NCBI GenBank assembly: GCA_016286365.1
Contig: JAEESN010000008.1
Span: 24,319 to 88,318 of the forward strand
Reading direction: 5' to 3'
From: Treponema sp.
GTDB lineage: Bacteria; Spirochaetota; Spirochaetia; Treponematales; Treponemataceae
Length of the DNA stretch: 64,000 nucleotides
Each line of letters opens with the position of its first letter. Within the stretch, counting starts at the first letter, position 1. The translations under genes and the position numbers were made by a program. The notes below the pieces were generated by a model. That model was not told where the DNA came from, searched no databases, and was given only the letters and a program-made list of their open reading frames with translations. Below, piece after piece: positions 46,094-55,363 of the stretch.

Positions 46094-46537
46094 TTAGAGA
46101 ACTACATCGTCAAGATTTTGTTTATCAAGACCTTCGAGCTTAATTGAATTATCTAAGACTCCCCACATTGCATTGCGTTTAGACATTGGAATTGTAAGGA
46201 TTACACGTCTGAATTCACCGCCTTTTTTTACGATGGTCATAAACGAAGTGTTTGGATTTTTAGTATTTCTGAATTTCAATTTTCTTGGGTTTTCAGGATT
46301 TCCTCTTGCCCATTCCTTTGGAATTACAGTAGTACCTGTACCAATCTTATTTTTCTGATAGATGATAACAAAAGCTTCTTTTGCTTCAAGAATTTTAAGA
46401 ATAGGAATATTTTCGTAAGAAAGATCTGTCCACTTAGATTCATCCCTTTCTGCAGAAGTTTTTGTTTTAGGTTCAGCTGCAGTTACTGTAAATGCAATAA
46501 GACATGCAGTCAAAAATAAAACGACGATTTTTTTCAT
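46094..46537 (-). CDS. Secreted hypothetical protein (147 aa)
   Basis: Signal peptide MKKIVVLFLTACLIAFTVTAAEP. Confidence 0.55.
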   Translation of the reverse strand: MKKIVVLFLTACLIAFTVTAAEPKTKTSAERDESKWTDLSYENIPILKILEAKEAFVIIYQKNKIGTGTTVIPKEWARGNPENPRKLKFRNTKNPNTSFMTIVKKGGEFRRVILTIPMSKRNAMWGVLDNSIKLEGLDKQNLDDVVL

Positions 46538-46706
46538 AATTTTCTCCTAAAGATTGTAAAAATATCCCCTTCAAAAAAAGTATAAACTCTTTTATCAGAT
46601 TTAACAACCAAATTTAAATATTTTCTTATTATAATATGTTACTTAATTATCGGAATTTATGTTATATTTATATATATTAATTTATTAATTTTCAAAGGAT
46701 AAAAAA

Positions 46707-47465
46707 ATGAAAAAATTATTATTTACATCATTACTTTCTATGGCCTTGCTCTCTGTGATGGCTTGTACTTCCAATAAAACTTCTTCCGGTGATTCTTATG
46801 ATTCAGTTGATGAAGCTTCGGAACAAAAAGAAGCAGAACAGAATAAAAAATCTGAATTCAGCTGGGCAAAAGCATTCGGAAGCAATAAATTCACCCTCTT
46901 AGACGAAACACCATTTTATACAACAACCTTTACAAACAATCTTGATCCTCAGACAGCAACAATCGCCGTTTACGACAAAAAGAAGATTGCAGGCTTCGGA
47001 AGCAAATATATGCTTGCATATTATTTTGTATCTTTCGAAAATGCAGGACGCAAACAGTTAAAGGCAGATCTTAAACAGTATTTAAAAGATTTCGAAGATA
47101 AAAAGCTCGAAAGAAAGGGTAAAGATACCTGGAAAAAATACGGCTATATCGATGTAAGACTTGACTGGGGAACAATTCAGAATTCTACTCCAAACTTTGG
47201 AACTGCAAAGGCAGCAATCGGATACAGATTCAAAAATGATTCTCCATATTTTACAATCACAATTTTCCCTACAGACAACTTAAGGGAAGATATGTCGCCG
47301 GAAGATAAAACACCATCTATGAAGCTCATTTATTATATGACAAAAGCTCAGGCAACAGATCTTACAAATTATCTTTCTGATGATTATCTTGGAAAATATT
47401 TGAACCTGAATAACGAAGCTCCAAAAGAAGAAGAGAAAAAAGAAATCGTAAAAGATGAATATTAA
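46707..47465 (+). CDS. Lipoprotein, hypothetical (252 aa)
   Basis: MKKLLFTSLLSMALLSVMACTS is a signal peptide plus lipobox. Confidence 0.6.
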   Translation: MKKLLFTSLLSMALLSVMACTSNKTSSGDSYDSVDEASEQKEAEQNKKSEFSWAKAFGSNKFTLLDETPFYTTTFTNNLDPQTATIAVYDKKKIAGFGSKYMLAYYFVSFENAGRKQLKADLKQYLKDFEDKKLERKGKDTWKKYGYIDVRLDWGTIQNSTPNFGTAKAAIGYRFKNDSPYFTITIFPTDNLREDMSPEDKTPSMKLIYYMTKAQATDLTNYLSDDYLGKYLNLNNEAPKEEEKKEIVKDEY

Positions 47466-47496
47466 TCTTTAAGCTGATTATTTTTGTGATGATATA

Positions 47497-47532
47497 AAAG
47501 GGAATCTTCGATGTGAGATTTCCTTTTTTTTT
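47497..47532 (+). terminator. Intrinsic terminator after the lipoprotein gene
   Basis: AAAGGGAATCT / AGATTTCCTTT stem (one G-T pair) followed by T9. Confidence 0.7.
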
Positions 47533-47811
47533 GAATATTTTTTTCGGGCCAGGCTGATTATTATTTTGGGCAGGATGATTATTTTTTTAAATCTGAAGAT
47601 GAATCTTCTACAAAAATCCCGTGATATAAATTTTTGTTATTAGCTTTGATTTTGAGGCTGCTTTTTCTGCGCCGTTAATTTTTGTTAATTTATTAACGGT
47701 GCGTTAATTTTTTAGCCAATATTAATGCTGTTTTAAAACCTGCCTTGGAAGATTTTTTTGCCCACTTTAGATTAATTTGAGGTCGGGTTATTGTTTTACT
47801 TTGAGTTTGTT

Positions 47812-47843
47812 AAATAAAAAAAGGAATCCGTTCTGGATTCCTT
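47812..47843 (-). terminator. Intrinsic terminator downstream of tRNA-Met
   Basis: AAGGAATCC / GGATTCCTT 9-bp stem followed by a T-run on the minus strand. Confidence 0.7.
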
Positions 47844-47848
47844 TAGAG

Positions 47849-47921
47849 TAGGGACAATAGGACTCGGACCTATGACCGCACGGATATGAGCCGTGTGCTC
47901 TACCAACTGAGCTATATCCCC
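47849..47921 (-). tRNA. tRNA with a CAT anticodon (Met, or Ile2 if lysidine-modified)
   Basis: Reverse complement GGGGATATAGCTCAGTTGGTAGAGCA-CACGG-CTCATAT-CCGTG-...ATAGGTCCGAGTCCTATTGTCCCTA. Confidence 0.85.
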
Positions 47922-48022
47922 AAGTAATGATGTTATATTATAAAAATAAGATTGTTATGTCAAGACACCATTATGAAGAAGGTGAAATTAAAGAACCATT
48001 TAATCTTTGTGTGGAATTTTTT

Positions 48023-48772
48023 TTATCTCAATTCCGCACCAGTTATTAAAGTCTTAGCATATGTAATTAATTCTTTTAATTCATCATCAGTGTAAGGTGT
48101 AAGTGTATTATATGCCGGGTCAATGCAGTTACCGTTCATAAACTGTGCAAATTGCCACGATGCATCTTCCGGTAAAAAGCCAGCCATAACTTCAAGATCT
48201 TTTTTTGTAATAAGGCCCGGTACCATTACAGTTCTCCATTCACGGCAGTCTTTTGGAAGGCTTGATACAAGTTCTATACAGCGTAAAACTTTTTTTTCGA
48301 ATATTTCTTTGTTTCCGTATAATTTTGAAAAAGCCGGACACATAGTTTCTGAATATCGTTCTGGGCTTGTTTTATAATCCATTGCTACAAAGTCCGGACA
48401 AAGGTCAGGATTATTTAAAAATGCTTCAAGCTCGTCGGGCAGAGTTCCGTTTGTATCAAGTTTTACCTTGTAGGAAAGCTCCCGAGCTTTTTTAATGATT
48501 AAAGGTGTGTACGGATTAATTAAAGGCTCTCCTCCGCTTATAACAATTCCCGAAAGAATACCCTGGCGCTTTTCCATGTGGTCAAAAAGCTCCTGAACTG
48601 TATTTAAAGTCACGTCAGAAGGGGTGTCTAAAACAAGGCCTGTGTTATAACAGTAAGGGCAGCGGAGATTACATCCTTTTAGAAAAAAAGAACCTGCAAC
48701 AAGTCCCGGAAAATCTACACATGTAGTTTTTACCAGTACTCCTGCAGGTTTGTCTAAGGGCAGTGTAGCCAT
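48023..48772 (-). CDS. nrdG: Anaerobic ribonucleotide reductase activating enzyme (radical SAM, NrdG)
   Basis: CNLRCPYCYN radical-SAM cluster motif, GGEPL. It is 2 nt downstream of the glycyl-radical ORF. Confidence 0.85.
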   Translation of the reverse strand: MATLPLDKPAGVLVKTTCVDFPGLVAGSFFLKGCNLRCPYCYNTGLVLDTPSDVTLNTVQELFDHMEKRQGILSGIVISGGEPLINPYTPLIIKKARELSYKVKLDTNGTLPDELEAFLNNPDLCPDFVAMDYKTSPERYSETMCPAFSKLYGNKEIFEKKVLRCIELVSSLPKDCREWRTVMVPGLITKKDLEVMAGFLPEDASWQFAQFMNGNCIDPAYNTLTPYTDDELKELITYAKTLITGAELR

Positions 48773-48774
48773 AA

Positions 48775-49320
48775 TTATGCGATTACGGCTACCTTATTAA
48801 AAACCGCCTCAAGTTCCTCCACATTGTGGCAGCGAGCAGTTTCAACACCAGCTGCATTGTAGAAGATTACGGTTGGAGATGCAAAAACACCTTTCTTTGC
48901 TGCTTCTGCAAGTCCTTCTTCTGTATCTACATCAATATTGCGTCCAGCCATATCGATATTGCTCATAAAGTCTTTTACAGGTGGACAGTTTGGACATGTC
49001 TTTCTTGTATACAATTCATATGAAACACTTTCTGTGTTCATAACAGGCTGTTCCTGTTTTTCTGCTTTAACCATTTTTGCAGGTGCAGAGCATTCACAAG
49101 GTGCATCAGCTTCTGTGATGTCGTATTCCTTGCTTGCTTCGAGGGTAAACATCTTTCTCTGATCGAATTCATCTCTCTTACCCTTGTTCCAGTGTTTTAC
49201 AGCACGATAATATCCAACGATGCGTGCGTAAACTTCTGTTTCTGTACCGTGTACATCCTGTAATGCAGCTTTAGTCTCTGCGATTTCCTGTTCTACCTGT
49301 GCTAATGTCTTTGTTTCCAT
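48775..49320 (-). CDS. Stand-alone NrdD-type glycyl-radical domain fused to a thioredoxin/glutaredoxin-fold domain (CPNC)
   Basis: The N-terminal half EVYARIVGYYRAVKHWNKGKRDEFDQRKMF matches the C-terminal glycyl-radical motif of class III RNRs (R-I/V-x-G-Y...WN-x-GK). The C-terminal half YTRKTCPNCPPVKDF...VFASPTVIFY is a redoxin fold. Confidence 0.7.
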   Translation of the reverse strand: METKTLAQVEQEIAETKAALQDVHGTETEVYARIVGYYRAVKHWNKGKRDEFDQRKMFTLEASKEYDITEADAPCECSAPAKMVKAEKQEQPVMNTESVSYELYTRKTCPNCPPVKDFMSNIDMAGRNIDVDTEEGLAEAAKKGVFASPTVIFYNAAGVETARCHNVEELEAVFNKVAVIA

Positions 49321-49396
49321 AAACTTTTAATTTCCTCCCAATTACCCCTGTCGTTAGATTTTTGTAATCATTACAAATTTGTATTAATTCTACCGA

Positions 49397-49414
49397 CACA
49401 CTAAATATAGTGTG
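49397..49414. promoter_or_regulatory. NrdR box (CACACTAAATATAGTGTG) overlapping the -10 of an internal promoter
   Basis: Near-perfect palindrome matching the NrdR-box consensus acaCwAtATaTwGtgt. Confidence 0.7.
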
Positions 49415-49432
49415 ATTTCGCTGCATTGTCAA
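49404..49432 (-). promoter_or_regulatory. Sigma70 promoter for the glycyl-radical/redoxin gene and nrdG
   Basis: Minus strand TTGACA, a 17-nt spacer, then TATATT. Confidence 0.6.
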
Positions 49433-49440
49433 GTGTAATG

Positions 49441-49456
49441 ACACTATATATATCGT
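49441..49456. promoter_or_regulatory. Second, weaker NrdR box (ACACTATATATATCGT)
   Basis: One half-site is good. Its centre is ~43 bp (about four helical turns) from the first box. Confidence 0.45.
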
Positions 49457-49509
49457 CAGTCTTACTTTTTTTCTTTACTTTTTTTTAATTGTTTATGTTA
49501 TTTTTATAT

Positions 49510-51621
49510 TTATTTAGCCTGGGCTAAAATCTTTGCTTTTTCTTCTTCAAGAGCTTTAAGCTTTGCCTTTAATTCCTTTTCCTTTTCTGCCTTACACTTT
49601 GGACATTCAAACTGCTGGCCTGTAAGATATCCGTGAATCTTACAGATAGAATAGGTTGGTGAAATTGTAAAGAACGGAATTCTGTATTTATTAGAAATAG
49701 TTCTTACTAAATCTGCACAAGATTTCCAGTCTTTAAGTGCTTCGCCCATGTATACGTGGAACATTGTACCGCCTGTATACTTTGTCTGCAGTGATTCCTG
49801 ATGATCGAGAGCTTCGAAAACATCTGCTGTGTAATCAACAGGAAGCTGTGAAGAGTTTGTATAGAATGGTTCTTCTGTTCCGCTTGTGATGATATCAGGG
49901 AACTGTTCCTTGTCGTGGCGTGCAAGACGGTAAGAAGTAGATTCAGCAGGAGTTGCTTCGAGGTTGAATAAGTCGCCTGTCTGTTCCTGGTAATCCTGCA
50001 TTCTTTCCCTCATATGCTGTAAAACCTGTTCTGCAAATGCTTTTCCTTTTGGATCTGCAATGTTTACGCCAAGGAAGTTCATACAGCATTCATTCATACC
50101 GCACAAACCGATTGTATTAAAGTGATTTACAAGTGTCTTAAGATAACGTCTTGTGTAAGGGAACAATCCACCATCGTAAAGGCGCTGGATAACCTTTCTC
50201 TTTACACAAAGGCTTTCTTTTGCAAGGTCCATAAGATAATCAAGACGCTTGTAGAATTCTTCTTCGTTTTTAGCAAGGTATCCGATCTGTGGAAGGTTGA
50301 TTGTTACAACTCCAAGGGAACCTGTAAATTCGTCGGCACCAAAAAGTCCACCACCACGACGGCGAAGTTCACGCTTGTCGAGCTGGAGACGGCAGCACAT
50401 AGAACGTACGTCAGAAGGATTCAAATCCGAATTAACGAAGTTCTGGAAGTTTGGTGTTCCGTACTGTGAAGTCATTGTAAATAAGAGTTTTGCGTTGTCA
50501 GAGTTCCAGTCAAAGTCTCTTGTGATGTTGTATGTAGGAATAGGGTAAGCAAATCCTCTTCCTTCTGCATCACCTTCGATCATGAGTTCAATGAATACTT
50601 TGTTGATCATATCCATTTCTTTCTGACAGTCGCCGTATGTAAAGTCCTGTTCCTTTCCGCCAACGATAGCCTTTTTAGTTTTAAGGTCATCAGGGCAAAC
50701 CCAGTCCATTGTGATGTTTGTGAACGGAGCCTGAGAACCCCAGCGGCTAGGAGTGTTTACACCGTAGATATAGCTCTGGAGGCACTGGCGGACCTGATGT
50801 TCATCAAGGTGGTCAATGCGTACAAATGGAGCAAGATATGTATCGAATGAACTGAATGCCTGAGCACCTGCCCATTCGTTCTGAAGAATACCAAGGAAGT
50901 TTACAATCTGATTAACAAGGGTAGAAAGGTGAGAAGCCGGTTTTGAAGTAATCTTATCTGGAACTCCGCCAAGTCCTTCTGCTATAAGCTGACGGAGTGA
51001 CCATCCTGCACAGTAGCCCGAAAACATCGAAAGGTCGTGGATGTGGAATGCTGCTGTTTTATGTGCTTCTGCAACTTCTTTTGAATAAATATTATTGAGC
51101 CAGTAATTTGCTGTGATTGTTCCTGAGTTATGAAGTATGAGTCCTCCGAGCGAGAAGTTTACGTTTGCGTTTTCGTTTACACGCCAGTCGCTCTGACCAA
51201 GGTAGCCGTCCATTGTCTTGTTGATGTCTACCATAAGATTTTTAGCATCGCGTACTGCTTCGTGTCTTGCACGGTAAAGGATGTATGCTTTTGCAACATC
51301 TACTTCTTTTTCTTCGATGAGAACCGATTCAACAATATCCTGAATTTCTTCGATGGCAGGAATACTGTGTGCGCGGTTTCCGGCAAGCTGAAGGCGGAGT
51401 TTTTCTTCTACTAAGTCTGTGAGTCTTGATGCTCTGTTCGGATCCTTCTGTTTTTCTACAGCTTCGATTGCTTTTTCAATTGCCTTTTCGATTTTTGTTC
51501 TGTCGTAGTCAGCAATTTCACCAGAACGTTTAACAACTGATTTTAAAAATCCGTGTGTTTCCGTGTCTGAACTTGTTCCCAGAAAGTTTCTCCATTCTGG
51601 AAAGATTGATTGGTCACTCAT
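49510..51621 (-). CDS. nrdD: Anaerobic (class III) ribonucleoside-triphosphate reductase large chain NrdD, lacking the glycyl-radical C-terminus
   Basis: N-terminal ATP-cone (VVKRSGEIADYDRTKIEKAIEKAI), active-site region RSMCCRLQLD...GGGLFG, zinc site CKIH...CPKC. It then ends in a Lys/Glu-rich helix with no R-x-x-G-Y motif. Confidence 0.88.
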   Translation of the reverse strand: MSDQSIFPEWRNFLGTSSDTETHGFLKSVVKRSGEIADYDRTKIEKAIEKAIEAVEKQKDPNRASRLTDLVEEKLRLQLAGNRAHSIPAIEEIQDIVESVLIEEKEVDVAKAYILYRARHEAVRDAKNLMVDINKTMDGYLGQSDWRVNENANVNFSLGGLILHNSGTITANYWLNNIYSKEVAEAHKTAAFHIHDLSMFSGYCAGWSLRQLIAEGLGGVPDKITSKPASHLSTLVNQIVNFLGILQNEWAGAQAFSSFDTYLAPFVRIDHLDEHQVRQCLQSYIYGVNTPSRWGSQAPFTNITMDWVCPDDLKTKKAIVGGKEQDFTYGDCQKEMDMINKVFIELMIEGDAEGRGFAYPIPTYNITRDFDWNSDNAKLLFTMTSQYGTPNFQNFVNSDLNPSDVRSMCCRLQLDKRELRRRGGGLFGADEFTGSLGVVTINLPQIGYLAKNEEEFYKRLDYLMDLAKESLCVKRKVIQRLYDGGLFPYTRRYLKTLVNHFNTIGLCGMNECCMNFLGVNIADPKGKAFAEQVLQHMRERMQDYQEQTGDLFNLEATPAESTSYRLARHDKEQFPDIITSGTEEPFYTNSSQLPVDYTADVFEALDHQESLQTKYTGGTMFHVYMGEALKDWKSCADLVRTISNKYRIPFFTISPTYSICKIHGYLTGQQFECPKCKAEKEKELKAKLKALEEEKAKILAQAK

Positions 51622-52088
51622 TTTTTATCCCCTCGTTTTGTTATATTTCTAACTTCCGTTATAAATTCTTCAACTGTTTCAAAGTGACGGTACACAGATG
51701 CAAACCTTACGTATGCCACCTTGTCTATGGTATACAGTTTTTCTAAGACTAATTCGCCTAGTTGAGATGTGGAGATTTCTCTTTCTTCCCGACCGTATTT
51801 AATGGCCATATCCTCTATGTCGTTAGAAATCTGTTCTACCATGCTTGTAGAAACAGGTCTTTTTTCCAGGGCACGTTCAATTCCTTTTTCGAGCTTGGCT
51901 CTATCAAAGGGCTGACGTCTTCCGTCCTGTTTTACGACCATAAAGGGTTTTTCATCAATACGTTCAAAACTTGTGAAACGATATCCGCATGCAGTACATT
52001 CGCGTCTTCGTCTGATACTTTCCCCACCTATCAGAGTTCTGGACTCAAGTACTTTGTCTTCTGGGTGTCCGCAATATGGACAGCGCAT
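51618..52088 (-). CDS. nrdR: Transcriptional repressor NrdR
   Basis: MRCPYCGHPEDKVLESR zinc ribbon plus an ATP-cone. The stop overlaps the nrdD start (ATGA). Confidence 0.95.
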   Translation of the reverse strand: MRCPYCGHPEDKVLESRTLIGGESIRRRRECTACGYRFTSFERIDEKPFMVVKQDGRRQPFDRAKLEKGIERALEKRPVSTSMVEQISNDIEDMAIKYGREEREISTSQLGELVLEKLYTIDKVAYVRFASVYRHFETVEEFITEVRNITKRGDKK

Positions 52089-52154
52089 GCTTCCCTCCCG
52101 TTTTCACAGAAACTTTTTGTTCTAGTGTTTTTTAGTTAGTTATTTAATCATATA

Positions 52155-52171
52155 ACACTAGATATAGAGTG
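52155..52171. promoter_or_regulatory. NrdR box upstream of nrdR-nrdD (ACACTAGATATAGAGTG)
   Basis: Matches the NrdR-box consensus, ~70 bp upstream of the nrdR start. A weaker second site lies ~42 bp away (52105-52128). Confidence 0.6.
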
Positions 52172-52280
52172 GCAAGAGAATTCTTTAAAAAAAATGAGAA
52201 TTTTTTAAAACTTTTTTTCTTGACAAAAAAAAAATTTGTGCTTAGGTGAAAATTCAGAGATTTACCTATTGACTATTTTT

Positions 52281-54071
52281 TTATTTGTAGTGTCTTTTTT
52301 TGCGTTCAAAGGGAATATAATCAGTTTTTGTAAATGATTTGTACATAAACCACGCAGAAACAAGGAAAAAGGCTATGCATAAAAGTGGAAGCCAGTCGCC
52401 GAGTCTTGCGTACAGTGTGAGTTTTCTTGCATAAACAGGTACATCATAGCTTTGGGCACAGGCTTTAAATAGCGGAAGGCTCGATAAAATCTTACCCGTC
52501 GGATCTATCACACAGGAAAAACCTGCATTTGTAGAACGAATCATTGTTGTTCTGTATTCAATGCTTCTGTAAGATGCAATTACAAAATGCTGGATTTCGC
52601 TTGATTTTGTACAGGACCACGAATCATCAGAAAGATTTATAAATAATTCTGCTCCGTTTAAGAATAAAGGCCTCATTGCATCTGTAAAAGAATCATCAAA
52701 ACATACAGGGGTTGCAACACGGACTTTTGTAACGGCATTCTGATCTTTATCTGTAAGGTCTGACTGTGCGTCTATTATTTTTAAAGGATTATCAGCATAG
52801 TTTTTAAGCTTTGTACATGGAATATCAAAATAAGTAAGGCTGTCTCCCTTGTCCCATCCCGAAGAAAAATTGATTATCTTTCTTAAAAGCTTTTTGACTA
52901 TAGGATTTCTTTTCCCTGGAATGAGTTCTGCAAATGGAACAAGATGAAGCTTTGCGTAGTAGCCAAGGAAAGTTCCGTTTGAATTAAATAAAAGTGTTGA
53001 ATTAAAAAGACGGCGGAGTGGCTGTTCATCCTGATTAAGAGGAATGAGTGTATGTCTGTAAGAAGCTCCCGTAATAAGAGGAGTGCCCGTCATCTGTATA
53101 AAGCTTTTAAGAGGAAGACTTTCCGGCGCATGAGTAAATAGATTTTCTGCGTTAGGAAAAGCTGTCATAAGTGTTCCTTCGCTCCATACTATGAGCCCTG
53201 GATTTTTGCCCTGGTCTGTAAGTTCGTTTACTTTTTCCATAGAAAGCTTTTCGGAGATTTCGATGTTTTTCATCTCGTCATAAGGGACTTCCCATGGATC
53301 TGTATTCTGCTGAACGGTAATCGTAGTAAGCTCTTTTACAGGGGTGCGCGGAATATTGTATTGAACGATTCCATAAACAATTGTTAGAGAAAAAATCACT
53401 GCAAGGAATTTTCCTGTGATTATGTGATTGGAAAGGAGTTCTGTTTTCTGGTACTCGTTATCCACTGTTTTATAAGTTTTAATAAGATCTAAGGCTTCTA
53501 CACAGGAAGCATTAAATAAAACAGTTAAGAATGTAATTCCGTAAGTTCCCGTTATATCTGCAATCTGTGTAAAAATCGGGAAGGTGTACATGGCACTCGA
53601 AACTGTTCCCCAGGGGTATCCTAAAAATCCGTTTGATTTTACATATTCATAAAAAGTATAGATGGCTGCAAAGTAAAATACACGGAAGGTTTCGTTTTGA
53701 TAGAATTTTTTACAGAGTGCAAATTTTGAAAGCTTTTCTGCCTGGTTTCTTGAAAAAGGAAGGTATAAAAGAAGGGCCATAAAGGCACCTATGAATCCTG
53801 TTGCAATTGCAGATGCTCCAAGAGTGAATACAGCAAAGTCACGGAAGAATGCAAGCCAGAAGCTCGAAAGAAGGTGTGTTGTGATTGTCTGGGTAAAACC
53901 AAGCCAGAAGGCTTCTTTATAGGATTTACTGTTTTTTATTGCAATGTAGTATGGAATGAGTGCTAAAAATGCATAAAAGGGGCATCCCATCGGATATAAT
54001 TCATTGGGGATTGCCAGAGAGAGAAGTACGGAAGAAAAAATTGCATAAAAAACTTGTAAAATTGATTTCAT
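52281..54071 (-). CDS. lnt: Apolipoprotein N-acyltransferase (Lnt)
   Basis: Multi-TM N-terminal half and a C-terminal nitrilase-type domain (IVWSEGT, PVCFDDSF, LINLSDDSW), 596 aa. Confidence 0.8.
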   Translation of the reverse strand: MKSILQVFYAIFSSVLLSLAIPNELYPMGCPFYAFLALIPYYIAIKNSKSYKEAFWLGFTQTITTHLLSSFWLAFFRDFAVFTLGASAIATGFIGAFMALLLYLPFSRNQAEKLSKFALCKKFYQNETFRVFYFAAIYTFYEYVKSNGFLGYPWGTVSSAMYTFPIFTQIADITGTYGITFLTVLFNASCVEALDLIKTYKTVDNEYQKTELLSNHIITGKFLAVIFSLTIVYGIVQYNIPRTPVKELTTITVQQNTDPWEVPYDEMKNIEISEKLSMEKVNELTDQGKNPGLIVWSEGTLMTAFPNAENLFTHAPESLPLKSFIQMTGTPLITGASYRHTLIPLNQDEQPLRRLFNSTLLFNSNGTFLGYYAKLHLVPFAELIPGKRNPIVKKLLRKIINFSSGWDKGDSLTYFDIPCTKLKNYADNPLKIIDAQSDLTDKDQNAVTKVRVATPVCFDDSFTDAMRPLFLNGAELFINLSDDSWSCTKSSEIQHFVIASYRSIEYRTTMIRSTNAGFSCVIDPTGKILSSLPLFKACAQSYDVPVYARKLTLYARLGDWLPLLCIAFFLVSAWFMYKSFTKTDYIPFERKKRHYK

Positions 54072-54181
54072 TGGGTTAATATTTAAAAAATGTATTTTTT
54101 TAGTTTCTTCTGAAATATAACGCTGTTAATTGAAAAATGCAATAAAAAATATAGTTTATAAAGTTTGGGGGAGCTTGGTAA

Positions 54182-55363
54182 ATGAAGGCTATAAATGATG
54201 CACACTTAGCGGTTTACGAAACCAAACCTGAAATTGTAGTAAAGGCGCCCGGTAGATTTCATCTTATTGGCGAACATTCGTGGTTTTTTAAAGATAAAAC
54301 CCTGTCTATGGCAGTAGATATTCCTGTCTACGTTGCTGTTTCTAAGCGTCAGGATTCAATTTTAAAATTCTATTTTGTCCAGCTTGATGAAAGCAAGAGG
54401 GCAAATCTTTCGTCTCTTAAATATAAAAAAGAAGATAAATGGGCAAATGCCTTAAAATCTGTTGCATACGGTTATGTTTCGGGTGGATTTGATCTTGGTG
54501 GAATGGATATCACCGTTTATTCAGAGATTCTCCCTTCTGCAGGTTTTGGTATAACTTCTGCAATTAAGGCAGCAGCACTCGTCGCATATAAAAATCTTTA
54601 TAAAGTTCCGTGTACAGATATTCAGATGCTTCAGGCAATGGACAGGGCAAATAAGCGCTTTTTACAGAGGAACAATTACAGTGCAGATAATTTTTCGGCC
54701 TTATTTTCTAAAAAAGGAAATCTCCTCATAACCGATTACAGCAAAAACTCATGGGATTACGTTCCTTATAATTTTGACGATAAAAAAATCTTTTTGATAG
54801 ATACAAAGGTTCCACGCGTAAACGTATGGAATGAAGAAACAATCTTTGAACCTCAGTATGCGCTCTTACTTGGAGACTTGAGGGAAGAAAAACCGAATGT
54901 ATACGGCGGATGGCAGTATATAAATAATGTAACTGATATAAACGAAGAGCTTTCTGTAGTATCAGAAGACGTAAGACGAAAGATGCTCAGTATGCTCCGT
55001 GAACACAACGATATACTCGAAGCGCGTGAAGGTCTTGAAAAAAAGGATTTCTTTAAGTTTGCGCGTGCAATAAATCACAGTCATGAAACAATGCGCGATA
55101 TGTACGAAATTTCCTGCCCCGAGATTGACTGGATTTTAAAGAGGGTGGGGGAACTTGAACCAAGCCTCGAAATGATTACTAATCAGGTTGCGTGCGGAAG
55201 AATCACCGGAAAAGGATTCGGACGATGTATGTATGCGATAATCCGTGCGAGCGACGAAGAAAAGTTTAAGGCAAAGCTTGGTGAATTCGAAAAAATCTTC
55301 GGCTATCATCCTGAATGTTACGAAGTACATCCTGCAGAAGGCGCTGTAATCATAAAGGATTAA
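54182..55363 (+). CDS. GHMP-family sugar kinase (galactokinase-like)
   Basis: APGRFHLIGEHSWF resembles the galactokinase signature, and PSAGFGITSA is the GHMP motif II region. Confidence 0.65.
   Translation: MKAINDAHLAVYETKPEIVVKAPGRFHLIGEHSWFFKDKTLSMAVDIPVYVAVSKRQDSILKFYFVQLDESKRANLSSLKYKKEDKWANALKSVAYGYVSGGFDLGGMDITVYSEILPSAGFGITSAIKAAALVAYKNLYKVPCTDIQMLQAMDRANKRFLQRNNYSADNFSALFSKKGNLLITDYSKNSWDYVPYNFDDKKIFLIDTKVPRVNVWNEETIFEPQYALLLGDLREEKPNVYGGWQYINNVTDINEELSVVSEDVRRKMLSMLREHNDILEAREGLEKKDFFKFARAINHSHETMRDMYEISCPEIDWILKRVGELEPSLEMITNQVACGRITGKGFGRCMYAIIRASDEEKFKAKLGEFEKIFGYHPECYEVHPAEGAVIIKD

Noticed and set aside
46631-46637. CCGATAA on the minus strand upstream of the 147-aa secreted-protein gene, as a possible sigma28 -10
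   Set aside because: There is no TAAA at the required 15-16 nt spacing; the nearest is 13 nt away. In this AT-rich spacer a lone 7-mer is not convincing.
52213-52224. Plus-strand TTGACA between lnt and nrdR
   Set aside because: There is no acceptable -10 at 16-19 bp, and no downstream plus-strand gene.
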